From Chrysochromulina tobinii (taxonomy: Eukaryota): 58,286 nucleotides of DNA. Below, piece by piece: positions 48,460-58,186 of the stretch; the first letter of the stretch is position 1, and every line of letters begins with the position of its first letter. Position numbers and translations under genes: made by a program. The notes below the pieces were generated by a model. The model was not told the origin of the DNA. It searched no databases and saw only the letters and a program-made list of their open reading frames with translations. The stretch is from positions 1 to 58,286 of the forward strand of contig JWZX01003336.1 of assembly GCA_001275005.1 (NCBI GenBank), given 5' to 3'.

Positions 48460-50172
48460 ATGCGCCGCCTTCTGCTCCTGACGCTCGCGGTCGTCTCCGG
48501 GTGGCAAGCTGCGCCCCGCGTCCGTTCTCCCGTCGGCCCGTCACGAACGGCATCACCGCTGCTCAAGCTGCCCGTCTCTTCGGGCGTCCGGCTGACCACA
48601 GCCACCGGGGTGGTCGCACCCAAATTTCAGCGCCCGGCAACGGCGCCGGGCGGCGTGAGCACCATCCTGCCGACGGGCACGCCGACGGGCACGCTCAACG
48701 CGACGGCGCTCTACGCGCAGGCCAGCCTGTTGCTGCAGATGCACTCCGACAAGGAAGCCGCCGTGCTGCTGCAGCGCCTGACTTTGCTGACCCCCGAGAA
48801 CGGCAAGGTGTGGATGAAGCTCGCGAACGTGTACCGCAACCAGCGCGATTACAAGATGGGCGAGCGCACCCTGCGGCGCGCCATCGACGCGTGCCCCACC
48901 AATGCGCTCCTCCGCCAGGCCCTCGCCGACCTGTGCCGCGAGAGCAGGCGCTACCCCGAGGCGCGCTCGCACTACCGCGAGGCGATGAAACTCGAGCCAG
49001 CCCTATCGTCAGTGTACGACTCGTGGGGGCGCATGGAGGCGCAGCTCGGTCACTCGGCGGCGGCGGCGGCGCTCTACGAGCGCGGCCTCAAGCACGCTCC
49101 CAACGCACGCCTCTGCCACGCCCTCGGCGTGCTACTCGACCGGCAGGGCGCCGCAGAAAAGGCGCGCTCCGTACTCAAGCGCGGGCTGGGCCTGCCTAAT
49201 GAGGACCGCAACCCGCAGCTGCTGCACGCGCTCGCGATGGTGGACGTGCGCGCGGGCGACATGGGCTCAGCGCGCAAGCTCCTAAGCGCCGTGCTCGAGC
49301 ACCACCCGCGCTTCACCCTCGCGTACCTCTCGCTCGGCCAGCTCGAGGAGCGCTTAGGCAACCTGCAGGCGGCCCGGCGACACTACGAGGCGGGCGCGAT
49401 CACGCCGCAGCCTGGCGGCAACCTGGGCGCCGTGCAGCTCTGGCAGTCGTGGGCGCGCATCGAGCAGCGGCTCGAGCGTCCCGCCCTCGCCCTCGCCACA
49501 TACAAGCGCGCCACCCAGCTGTACAAGGACGACGCGCAGCTTCTCGTCGGCTGGGCAAAGCTCGAAGGCGAGCACGGCGACGTGGGCACGAGCCGCGCCC
49601 TCTTCGCGCGCGCCGTGAGCTCCGTCGCCAAGCACTCTCCGTACGCGTACCAGTGCGCCGCCGCGCTCGAGGTGCGCTGTGGGGAAGTCCAGGCCGCGCG
49701 GGCGCTGTACGCGGCGGGCGCGGCGGTGCGAGTGCTGCCTCAAGGGCCGACGGCGACCGAGCGCATGCCGCTGCTGCATGCGTGGGCCGTGCTCGAGTGG
49801 CGCCATGGCGAGCGCCGCGAGGCACGCCGCCTCTTCGATGAGGCCGAGGCCGCGTCCGACTCGGCCTGCGGATGGCTGCTGCAGTGGCGCGCACGGTTCG
49901 AGTCAGAGTCGTCGCTCGTGCTCGCGCGCCACTACTACGGGCGCGCGGTGAACGCGGCGCCCATGGACAGCTCGGCATGGTCCATGTGGGCCGAGCTGGA
50001 GGCCGAGCACGGCAACGAGGAGCGCGCTACCGCGCTCTCTCGCCACGCGCAGCAGGTCGAGACGAAGGCCCTCCTCGCGAATGCTCTCGGTGGCGGTGCA
50101 CGCACCCGTGGGAGCCCTCTCTCGGCCGCCGACATGTACCAATGGGCCAACCCGCCCAGCAACCGCCAGTAG
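48460..50172 (+). CDS. Plastid-targeted HAT/TPR RNA-binding protein (HCF107/Mbb1-like)
   Basis: Signal peptide MRRLLLLTLAVVSG followed by an S/T/P/R-rich transit-like segment; many half-a-TPR repeats (LWQSWARIE, LLHAWAVLE, AWSMWAELE). Confidence 0.75.
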   Translation: MRRLLLLTLAVVSGWQAAPRVRSPVGPSRTASPLLKLPVSSGVRLTTATGVVAPKFQRPATAPGGVSTILPTGTPTGTLNATALYAQASLLLQMHSDKEAAVLLQRLTLLTPENGKVWMKLANVYRNQRDYKMGERTLRRAIDACPTNALLRQALADLCRESRRYPEARSHYREAMKLEPALSSVYDSWGRMEAQLGHSAAAAALYERGLKHAPNARLCHALGVLLDRQGAAEKARSVLKRGLGLPNEDRNPQLLHALAMVDVRAGDMGSARKLLSAVLEHHPRFTLAYLSLGQLEERLGNLQAARRHYEAGAITPQPGGNLGAVQLWQSWARIEQRLERPALALATYKRATQLYKDDAQLLVGWAKLEGEHGDVGTSRALFARAVSSVAKHSPYAYQCAAALEVRCGEVQAARALYAAGAAVRVLPQGPTATERMPLLHAWAVLEWRHGERREARRLFDEAEAASDSACGWLLQWRARFESESSLVLARHYYGRAVNAAPMDSSAWSMWAELEAEHGNEERATALSRHAQQVETKALLANALGGGARTRGSPLSAADMYQWANPPSNRQ

Positions 50173-50358
50173 ACGGGGGGACACATCCGCCTCGATGTAC
50201 AGTATGAACTACATTGTATGAAGTGGGAGCGTGGGAGCGTCGCGGCGGTCAAGCGGAATCATCTCAGAGAGCCGCGGAGAGACGAGGCATGCTCCATGGG
50301 CGTCATGCCGCCGCGCCGACGACTCTAGAGTTCTAGACACCAAGATTTTGATTGGGGT

Positions 50359-50395
50359 ACTTGTACTTGACTTGACTTGACTTGACTTGACTTGA
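50359..50395. repeat. (ACTTG)n pentanucleotide microsatellite, intergenic
   Basis: About 7 copies; a second tract at ~55516-55539. Confidence 0.85.
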
Positions 50396-50453
50396 TTAGA
50401 TTCTTGATGTCATCACGCGTTGGAGCTGCCGCCCGCGAGGACGGGCATCGGCC

Positions 50454-51182
50454 ATGCGCACCACAGCCTTGCTTCTTCTGATCATCCCCTTGGCGATTGC
50501 CGCCGACGCGCCACCGACGCTGCCAAAGAGCGCTGCCTCACGCAAGCCCGCCTCGCGTCCGGTGCTCAAGCGCGGCGGAGTGCTATCCGCCGCTGATGCC
50601 GCTGCTGCTGCTGCTCTTGCAGATGCCAAAGCAGAGGAGCCGGCCGTCGTCATCGTCGACGGCGACGCGACGGACGCTGCACCCCTCCCCAAACCTGTAG
50701 GGAGTGGAGGCTGGATCCCCGGCGGTCCGGTCGTGCAGCAGCTCGTGCTGTTGGCCGTGTAGGTCCTCATGCGTGTTGGGCTGGCCCTATGGAAATCGCA
50801 TTTCAAAGGCCGTGCACTGCCCTTTGCTTCCGCGCTAGAAAGCGTTCCGTTGCTCGGCAACGCGCTCCGCCTGGTCCAGCAGGCGCAGGCCAAATTTGCG
50901 GAGCTCGCGCGGTCGCCGCAGGGTGCACCGGTCATGATGGTCTTGCTCATCATCGCCACCAAGCTCGTGTCGCGCGCGGACGCACGTGCGATGGACGCCG
51001 AGGCAGCAGCAGCAGAGGAGCCGGGCGTGGAGGAAGTGACGGACGCCGAGAGTGCAGCCGAGCGCGAGGCGGACGCCGACGCAGACGTCGGTGGCGCCAA
51101 TGTGTTGCTGCCAGATGCAGAGCAGGAGGCTGAGGACGAGGGCGAGGGCGAGGGCGAGGACGAGGCTGATCCCTACGAATGA
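50454..51182 (+). pseudogene. Signal-peptide membrane protein interrupted by a single in-frame TAG (50760-50762)
   Basis: ORFs 50454-50762 and 50769-51182 are in the same frame; the stop falls inside a hydrophobic helix (LVLLAV*VLMRVGLAL). Confidence 0.55.
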
Positions 51183-51557
51183 CCTCAGGTGGCCGTGGTT
51201 GGGCTCTGGACGGCGGTGCGATCAGCTTGCTCGCGCCACATGGACCTGGGCGGGCGAGCTTGCTTGAGCCTCGAGGAGGAACGACAATTCTATAATCGTA
51301 AATGCACATCGGCAGCCGAGCATGAAGGTTTGCGCGTAGGTTTCCCCCCTTTTATACGTTTTATATACGTTTTAAGTTCGACTAAAGTACCAAACCTAGT
51401 ATAGAGCACCAAACAGTCTGCCGCAACATCGACGACGACGTGCAATCTGCAAAGGCCAAAGCCAGTGCACGCGGCACTGCCGGTCTACCGACAAGTTCTA
51501 CTCGATCATGACTCGGCGGGGTCGCCGCGCACAATCCATCTAGCGCCGACTGGCGAC

Positions 51558-52547
51558 TCACTCCTCAGAATCTGCAGCCAGCTGCCCCGCCTCCTGCTGC
51601 TGCGCTCGAAACCGCTCGTTGCGCTCGCGGGTCAGCTGGTCACGTAGCAGAGCCTCGAGCTGCTCGGTCCGTGGCGGACGGTCGAAGCGGCCCGCGTAGC
51701 GCCACGGGCGCGTCGGCTTTGCCGGCGCCCCTGCACCCTCACGCCCGCCAGCCCCAATTGACGAACCCGGAGGTTCGAAGAGGACTTGCCATTCGTGGGG
51801 GTAGCAGCGCAGGACACACGCTCGGACACGGGCGACCTTATCGGCATATTGATCCTCGAGAAAGGCGAGCGAGAGCGGGCGCATTAGGTAGGCCGGCTCG
51901 AAACTGTCGAGCAGCAGCGGATTCGCGCCCAGCTGCGGGTTGATGAGTACCACGAGCCTCCCCGCCGCCTGCTGCAGCAGCTGTTCGACTGCCGCGTTCG
52001 CGGCCGCTTCCGAAGGCAGCGTCTCGTCATTCGTGCTGGGCGCGACGATGACAAAGGCGCCGTCGCGCGGACCGACGGCGTTCGGATGGCCCAGCATTGA
52101 GACGGGCAGCCGCGTGTCGAATATGGACGCGCCAGCAAACGTTGCGTCCGCCGGCGATGAAAACAAGAGCTTGACCATCGGAAGGCTGGCCGGCAGGAGT
52201 CCTGAGGTGAGAATGGGTTGTGCGACGTCCAGCGCGAAGCGTGTCAGCTCGGGTAGCTTGCATCGTCCAGAGGCTGGGTCCAGCTCGGGCGCCACGGCCT
52301 GCACCAGCACGCGCCGGTGGCCACCTTGCCGTGCCGCGCCAAGGACTGAGCGGCGTGTCTGCTCAGCGAGCGACTCGAATGAGGTTGGAACGCTCACGTA
52401 CCACTGCTCCGCGGCGGCTGCGCGTGCTGGCGGCGGTGCTGATGCTGGCCCTATTTGCATTACGACCGCACTGCGCATTGTGCCGGAGCGCAAACCTAGC
52501 CCGAGGCCGCACAGAAGTGCGCCTGATGAGATGAAGAGCAGCGACAT
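51558..52547 (-). CDS. Plastid-targeted DUF1995 (LPA3-like) protein
   Basis: Hydrophobic leader plus transit-like segment; VVLINPQL, F.PAY...PL and LRCYP..WQV motifs typical of DUF1995. Confidence 0.65.
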   Translation of the reverse strand: MSLLFISSGALLCGLGLGLRSGTMRSAVVMQIGPASAPPPARAAAAEQWYVSVPTSFESLAEQTRRSVLGAARQGGHRRVLVQAVAPELDPASGRCKLPELTRFALDVAQPILTSGLLPASLPMVKLLFSSPADATFAGASIFDTRLPVSMLGHPNAVGPRDGAFVIVAPSTNDETLPSEAAANAAVEQLLQQAAGRLVVLINPQLGANPLLLDSFEPAYLMRPLSLAFLEDQYADKVARVRACVLRCYPHEWQVLFEPPGSSIGAGGREGAGAPAKPTRPWRYAGRFDRPPRTEQLEALLRDQLTRERNERFRAQQQEAGQLAADSEE

Positions 52548-52682
52548 GGTGTAAAGTAGAGTTGCCGTTGCCACGTGTTTCGTCGCGGGGCGCCATGCCG
52601 GGCATGAACGTGCCGTGAAAAAGGGCTATTACCGTTACGCGGAGAGAAGCCCCTCAACCGTGTATGCGCACCTGCACGCAGT

Positions 52683-54197
52683 TCAGCTGAACCCGGCGGT
52701 CACACCAAGCTGCAACCCGTTTCCAACGCTGGCGTCGCTCGGCGCCTTGCGCAGCACGTGCACCATGTTGAGCTCGAGCCGACCGAGCGGGGTGGGCAGC
52801 GCAACGCCTGCGCCCACGCTGGCCCGCAGGGACGGCACCACGCTACCCGCCGCGCGCACGGCGGCGAGCCCCTGCAGCCCGCCCACGGACGCGAATATGT
52901 GCGCATGGCCATCGGACTTGGCTAAGTTTCCTGGAAGGGTTGTCGAGAGAGAGGCAGTGGCGACGCCGAGGAGGTCTCCTCCGAGCGCGTCGTGCGACGA
53001 GATGCTCGGCGGCTTCTTGGGCGCCGCGGCCGTGGGCTCAGCCGCCGACGCCGCCGGCGATGCGAGGCTATGACGTTCATCACGTGGCCCAACGCCGCGC
53101 GTGCGGAATCCCCACAGAGAGCCAGGCCCGCCGCAGAAGAAGCGGTCACAGATGTGGCTCTCGGTCGGCCCGCCGAGCAGCCCGCCGAAGAGCCCGCCCA
53201 GCGGCAGCAGCACGCCCGCGTGCACCTGCACGCTGGCAGTGAGCCGACCATTCGCCATCAGCGGTGTGAACGCTGCGGCGGTGAACGTGCTCTTGACGAA
53301 GCGCGCGTCGCCGAGCGGGAACGGCGCGAGGCCTGCGAGCTCCGTGTGCAGGCGCAGCAGCGCGCCGCTCGTGGGCACCAGTGGATGGTCCACCTGATGA
53401 GGGAAGCAATCAAGGGCGTCATCAGAGGTCATCAGAGGTCATCAGAGGTCATCAGAGGTCGTGGGCACCAGTGGATGGTCCACCGTCGAGCGTGCGTAGC
53501 TATGAGAGAGGCTACTCTTCAGGCTCTGCCCACGTTGCTGCAGGATTGCCCACGAGGCGGTGTGGGGTGTGAGCCGGCAGACGTCGCGCAGCTCGAGCGC
53601 GTACGTGAGCTCGTGCCGACCGCCGGCCGCGCCGGCCGATCCCACGCGCACGCTCGCGCTCGCGCCGAGCAGCTTCTGCACGAAGGACGAGTGTTTGATG
53701 TGCGAGATCGCCTGCTTGCTCACATCGGCGCTGAGCTGCGCGTCCTGGCCCATCCAACGCGGGCGCACGGCGCTCAGCTTGAAGGAAGAGCTCTTTTGCT
53801 GGCCCATCTCCATTTGCGCCTCGAAGATCTCCGCGCGTCCGAGCTGGTTGCGCACCGCCACCTTGGCCTCCATTGTGTTCTCCGACGACTGCGTCGCTAC
53901 CATCGTGCTCGCACTGGTCAGCCGCTTCTTCTCGGTGACAGTACACACGATGTCGACGAGCGCCGCGCCGTGGGGAGTCGCGCCCTGCGCCGTGTCCATA
54001 AGCAGGTCCGCCGAGTCGAAGATGCCGAGCGACTGCAGCGCACCCGCCACGGCGAGGCAGCCCTGGTGGAGCTCACCGAGCGTGCGTGCCTTGTTGAGGC
54101 TGGCAAGCTCCTGCCGAACGACGCTCTCGTGCGTCTTCTGCAGCCCGCGCACGCGCATGCGGCGCACAGCGACCGGATGCTCGAGTTGGGTACCCAT
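52683..54197 (-). CDS. SAM50: Mitochondrial SAM50 (Omp85/BamA family), 2 exons
   Basis: Single POTRA (V.G...T...V...EL), barrel motifs NQLGRAE, DRFFCGGPGSL.GF...GVGP, DALGG, TPLGRLELN. Intron 53394-53483. Confidence 0.88.
53394..53483 (-). mobile_element. Family-A introner-like intron in SAM50 with exact 25-nt exon duplication
   Basis: 53369-53393 is identical to 53459-53483; body (CTGATGACCT)n; end GATTGCTTCCCTCATCAG. Confidence 0.85.
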
Positions 54198-54379
54198 GAT
54201 CCAGCCCTTCGTCTACCGCGGGAGCACCGCCGCGAAGAGCACGCGTGTCTTCACGCGTGGAAGCGACCGCCCCTCAGGTCCAAACTCCCAACCTTGTTCG
54301 TTAGGGTGAAGCTCGAACCCAAACCGCCGCAAACGCCCACTTGGTCGGTCTGTCGTTCACAGACCACTCCTGCCGCCCA

Positions 54380-55171
54380 ATGTTCGGCAGCTCTCTCGCT
54401 TTCACTCTGCTGTTCGTGCTTTTCGGCAGCTCTCTCGCTTTCACGTCGCACGCACGCACACCAGCTTTTCATCATGGCTTTGAGACACGCATGTGCGGTC
54501 CAGTAGTAGAAGAGAGCACAGAGTGGCAGCAGGTGCTCAGGGATCTTAACTCTGCGCCTGTGTTTGTGCTCACGGACGCCGCCGGCCTGCCACTCCACCA
54601 GCGAATGCGCGACGATGGGCAGAAGCTGGTGATCTTTTACGCAGAGATTGACCGAGCAATGGACGAGCTGGCGGCTGCTCGTCGGAAGAGTGCCGAGCTC
54701 AATCTGCAGCTTGCGCCTGTGGGGCTGGGCGTAGCGTATGCCGAGGTGAGCAAGGGAACGGCTCTGCTCGTCCCAGGCTTTCAAGAACTGGCCAGTGCGC
54801 AAGGCATGCAGCTAGCCGCCCCTACGGAAGCAGCAGCTATGCTCGCGAGTGCCGGCGTCGACAGCCCCAGCCTCGACTGGCCGAGCGACGTGCTTCCGGT
54901 CTTTGGGTGCTTCGAGATGGTGCGGCGGCGCGCTGACGGCAGCGTGTTCACTCCCGTCTTCATGAGCTGCGCGGACGCGCAGGCGGCCTTGGACAAGGCC
55001 AGGGCGGCCGACCCGGAGCGCGCGGCCAACTTTGAGGTCGACGTCGTGCCGCTGCCCGAGCTCCTCAAGATCGCAGTCAGTGGCGAAGCCAAGGTCCCGC
55101 CGCGCGTCGTCCCGCCGAGCTCGAGCATGCTCTTCCTGCAGGGCAAGGGCAAGCACCACCCAGCGCTGTGA
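54380..55171 (+). CDS. TIC22: Tic22-family plastid import chaperone
   Basis: Bipartite leader (SLA|F); L...PVF..T...G.P, PV.LG.AY, PVF...P.F....D pseudo-repeat pattern of Tic22. Confidence 0.75.
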   Translation: MFGSSLAFTLLFVLFGSSLAFTSHARTPAFHHGFETRMCGPVVEESTEWQQVLRDLNSAPVFVLTDAAGLPLHQRMRDDGQKLVIFYAEIDRAMDELAAARRKSAELNLQLAPVGLGVAYAEVSKGTALLVPGFQELASAQGMQLAAPTEAAAMLASAGVDSPSLDWPSDVLPVFGCFEMVRRRADGSVFTPVFMSCADAQAALDKARAADPERAANFEVDVVPLPELLKIAVSGEAKVPPRVVPPSSSMLFLQGKGKHHPAL

Positions 55172-55515
55172 GAGCTCGAGTGCGGACAGATGAGCGGTGA
55201 GGAAAATATGGGTCTTGCGTGCGTGCCGCACTCTCTTTTTTCGGGATACCTTATACCCTTTGTAGCTTTGTTATAAGACCACCACAGATTGCCTCCTTTT
55301 TTCTCTCAATGTAGCCTGTTTTTCGCCGGCGTCTCCGCCAGGGCCAGCGCCGCCTGTGCCGCGCCGTTACATTATTCTCGTTCGTCCTCGTGGGGACCTC
55401 CCCCTGTGGCTTTCCTGTGGCTTTCCTGTGGCTTTCCATTTTTATACGGATTTATGGGATGGAAGGGATTAAACGGAGATTGGCGGAGGGTGTTCATCTA
55501 TTTGACTTTATTGAA

Positions 55516-55549
55516 CTTGACTTGACTTGACTTGACTTGTGTGTGTGTG
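55516..55549. repeat. (ACTTG)n plus (GT)n microsatellite upstream of the glycoprotein gene
   Basis: acttg x~5 followed by gtgtgtgtgtg. Confidence 0.85.
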
Positions 55550-55576
55550 AATTGACTAAACTTTCCATTGCGTGAC

Positions 55577-58186
55577 ATGCGCAGGTTCAGCTTGGAATTG
55601 GTAATTGTCGTCGTTCTCCTCGCGCGTCAAGCTGCGGGGCAGGGATGCACCGACTCCTGCTTCGCCTCCGACGGAAACTGCGACGATGGTGGCTTTGGCG
55701 CGACTCCGTTTGCGGACGGCGAGCGTCGTGAGACGTGCCTCTCGTTCAACCAGCTTCGCACCTTTTCGATCGCCACGAGCGGCAGTTCGAACGCGACCCT
55801 CCACGTGTCGCTCAACAAGCCCATCTCCGCCATCTACGCCCGGCGCGACTCGCTGCCTGACGTGGCCAACCGCCTGTACGACGCGTCGATCACGATGGCA
55901 AACACCGTGCGCTGGGGCTGTGCGGACGCCCTGTGTGCACAGCCACGCACCGCCTTCGCGCTCACCGCCTCCAGCTGCATGCCCGAGGTGCCCGGCTTTT
56001 GGTACGTGTCACTCGCACTTCATAGCGCTGCGCAGACGGCTCTCGAATCGGAGATTGCCAGTGCGGCTGGGGCGAACGGGACAGAGCCCGTCCGCGTGCA
56101 GCCGGCGCGCTTCCACGTGACGATGGTCCTCTTCCCTTCTATCCCAGACGAGCTCGTGCCCCGTGCCGAGAACTCGAGCGCGCCGCCCACCACGGCGGCG
56201 CCGCCGCCGCCCACGGGCACGCTGTTCACACTGCCCACGCTGTTCACACTGCCGGCCGCGCAACTGCTCGGCAAGCTCGGCGCCGACGCCGACGCGGCCG
56301 CGGCCACCCATGCCGACGTGTACGCAGCCGCCGTCGCGGGGCGCACCTTCCTCGGAGGTGGCGCCATCCGGCACCTGCGCTTGTCAGGCATCCCGCGCTC
56401 GCTCGCGCCGCGCGTCTCCGTGCATCTGAGCGCGGGCACGCTGCGCGCAATCTACCTGCAGCCAGGCCGATGTGCCACGAGCTCCACGGGACTCAACGAC
56501 GCCGGGACCGCCGAGTCCATGCTTTGCGGTGCCGCCAACGACGCCGACTGCCAGATGGCGTGGATGACACGCTTCAATCCCTTCGACCACACTGCACGCC
56601 TGTATGAGGGACAAGCGGTGGTGCAAGCTCAGGCCCTCTCCGAGCTCGCCGCGGCCGCGCTGCCGCCGGTCGATTGGTGGATCGCGATCGAATCGACGAC
56701 GGAGGATGTGGCCGACGTCAATCTGACCATCTCACTGCTCCGGCGCCCTGCCGTACCCGCGTCGCCCCCGCCGCCCGACACGACGGTCAATGACACGATG
56801 GTCAATGACACGACGGTCAACGTCACAACGGTCAATGACACGATGGTCAATGACACGACGGTCAATGACACGACGGTCAATGACACGATGGTCAATGACA
56901 CGACAGTCAACGTCACGACGCCATGCATGGTCAACGACACGACGCCGCCCCCGCCGCCCAGCCCCCCCTCACTCCCCACGTACAACCCGCAGATCTGCAT
57001 GGGGAACGTCACGACGCCGTGCTTAGTCAACGGCACGACGCCGTGCATGGGCAACGACACGACGCCGTGCTTGGTCAACGGCACGACGCCGTGCTTGGTC
57101 AACGGCACGTCGCCACCACCGCCCTCGCCGTCACCACCGCCGCCGCACTGGCCTCCGGCGCCGCCGCAAACGCCTCCACACCAGCGCCCGCCACCGGCGC
57201 CGCCCGCACCACCCGTGCCGACATCGCCTTTCGGCTCATGCTGGATGCGGCACCCGCATGGCTGTCCGTGTGCGGCTGGCAGCAACTGCACCAGCTTCGG
57301 CGGACACCCGTACTACCCACCACCAGGGTGGAACCGCGACTATTATAACGAGACGAACAGCTCGTTCCCGGATTTTTCGCACACGTACGACGACTGCATG
57401 GCGCGTGGTGCGAACGAGAACGCGTGGTGTGGCACGACGGACATAGCGACGCACTACGTGCCGTTCCCGCCGCCGCGGCCACCGCCCTCGCCTCCGCCTC
57501 CGTCACCGTCGCCGCCACCGCCCTTGCTGCCACCGCCGCCGCCCTTGCTGCCGCTCTCCGTACCGAGCGGCCTCTCCGCTGGCGCTGGTGGAGGTGTTGG
57601 GGCCGGGGCTGCCGTCGTCGCCACCGTGCTGGTGCTCGCCCTGCTGGGCGCCGTCGTGAGTGCGCTCCTGTTTCGCCGCCGCCGCCTTCGCCTCGTCAAG
57701 CTGCGCGAGCGCGTCGAGAGCGCCACCGCAGCCGCCTCGTTCTACGGCGGCCGCAGCTCCACCTCAGGCTCCATCGAAGTGTCCCTCGGCACGCGCCGCT
57801 CTCGCAGCCAACGCACAGCGGAATGGGGACAGGAGCTCGGGGGGAGTGCCATCGCTCGCGCCGCTGCAATGAGAGCTCCCGGCCCACGCCTCTTCAAGAA
57901 GCCAGGCTTCTCCCAACTCGAACCGAAGACGATGTCAGAGAAGGTCGCGTTCATAGCATCGGAGCTTGGGCTCGAAGAAGGGCTACCCGTCGCGAAGGTG
58001 GTAGCTGCTGCCAACGAGTCGTTGGGCATTGTCGCGCGTCCAGATTTGACGATGGCCGCACAGGTGGCGAGGCTGATGACTGAGCTCGGGCGGAGCGGCG
58101 ATGGCGCCCGGAGGAGCGGCGATGGCGTCGAAATTTCGAGGGAAACAGGCCTGAACTCGGGTCTTCTAGCGATGAGAGATTTGTGA
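55577..58186 (+). CDS. Type-I transmembrane surface glycoprotein with Cys motif, N-glycan repeat tract and Pro-rich stalk
   Basis: Signal peptide; CTDSC...DG.CDDGG; (VNDTT)n; SPPPP tracts; TM helix followed by RRRR; cytosolic tail. Confidence 0.75.
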   Translation: MRRFSLELVIVVVLLARQAAGQGCTDSCFASDGNCDDGGFGATPFADGERRETCLSFNQLRTFSIATSGSSNATLHVSLNKPISAIYARRDSLPDVANRLYDASITMANTVRWGCADALCAQPRTAFALTASSCMPEVPGFWYVSLALHSAAQTALESEIASAAGANGTEPVRVQPARFHVTMVLFPSIPDELVPRAENSSAPPTTAAPPPPTGTLFTLPTLFTLPAAQLLGKLGADADAAAATHADVYAAAVAGRTFLGGGAIRHLRLSGIPRSLAPRVSVHLSAGTLRAIYLQPGRCATSSTGLNDAGTAESMLCGAANDADCQMAWMTRFNPFDHTARLYEGQAVVQAQALSELAAAALPPVDWWIAIESTTEDVADVNLTISLLRRPAVPASPPPPDTTVNDTMVNDTTVNVTTVNDTMVNDTTVNDTTVNDTMVNDTTVNVTTPCMVNDTTPPPPPSPPSLPTYNPQICMGNVTTPCLVNGTTPCMGNDTTPCLVNGTTPCLVNGTSPPPPSPSPPPPHWPPAPPQTPPHQRPPPAPPAPPVPTSPFGSCWMRHPHGCPCAAGSNCTSFGGHPYYPPPGWNRDYYNETNSSFPDFSHTYDDCMARGANENAWCGTTDIATHYVPFPPPRPPPSPPPPSPSPPPPLLPPPPPLLPLSVPSGLSAGAGGGVGAGAAVVATVLVLALLGAVVSALLFRRRRLRLVKLRERVESATAAASFYGGRSSTSGSIEVSLGTRRSRSQRTAEWGQELGGSAIARAAAMRAPGPRLFKKPGFSQLEPKTMSEKVAFIASELGLEEGLPVAKVVAAANESLGIVARPDLTMAAQVARLMTELGRSGDGARRSGDGVEISRETGLNSGLLAMRDL
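56777..57110 (+). repeat. 15-nt then 24-nt coding tandem repeats encoding N-X-T sequons
   Basis: (gacacga(c/t)ggtcaat)n followed by (acgacgccgtgcttggtcaacggc)-like units. Confidence 0.9.

Noticed and set aside
52683..54197. Plastid Toc75/Omp85 (suggested by adjacency to Tic22)
   Set aside because: Single POTRA, no bipartite leader, and SAM50-type motifs.
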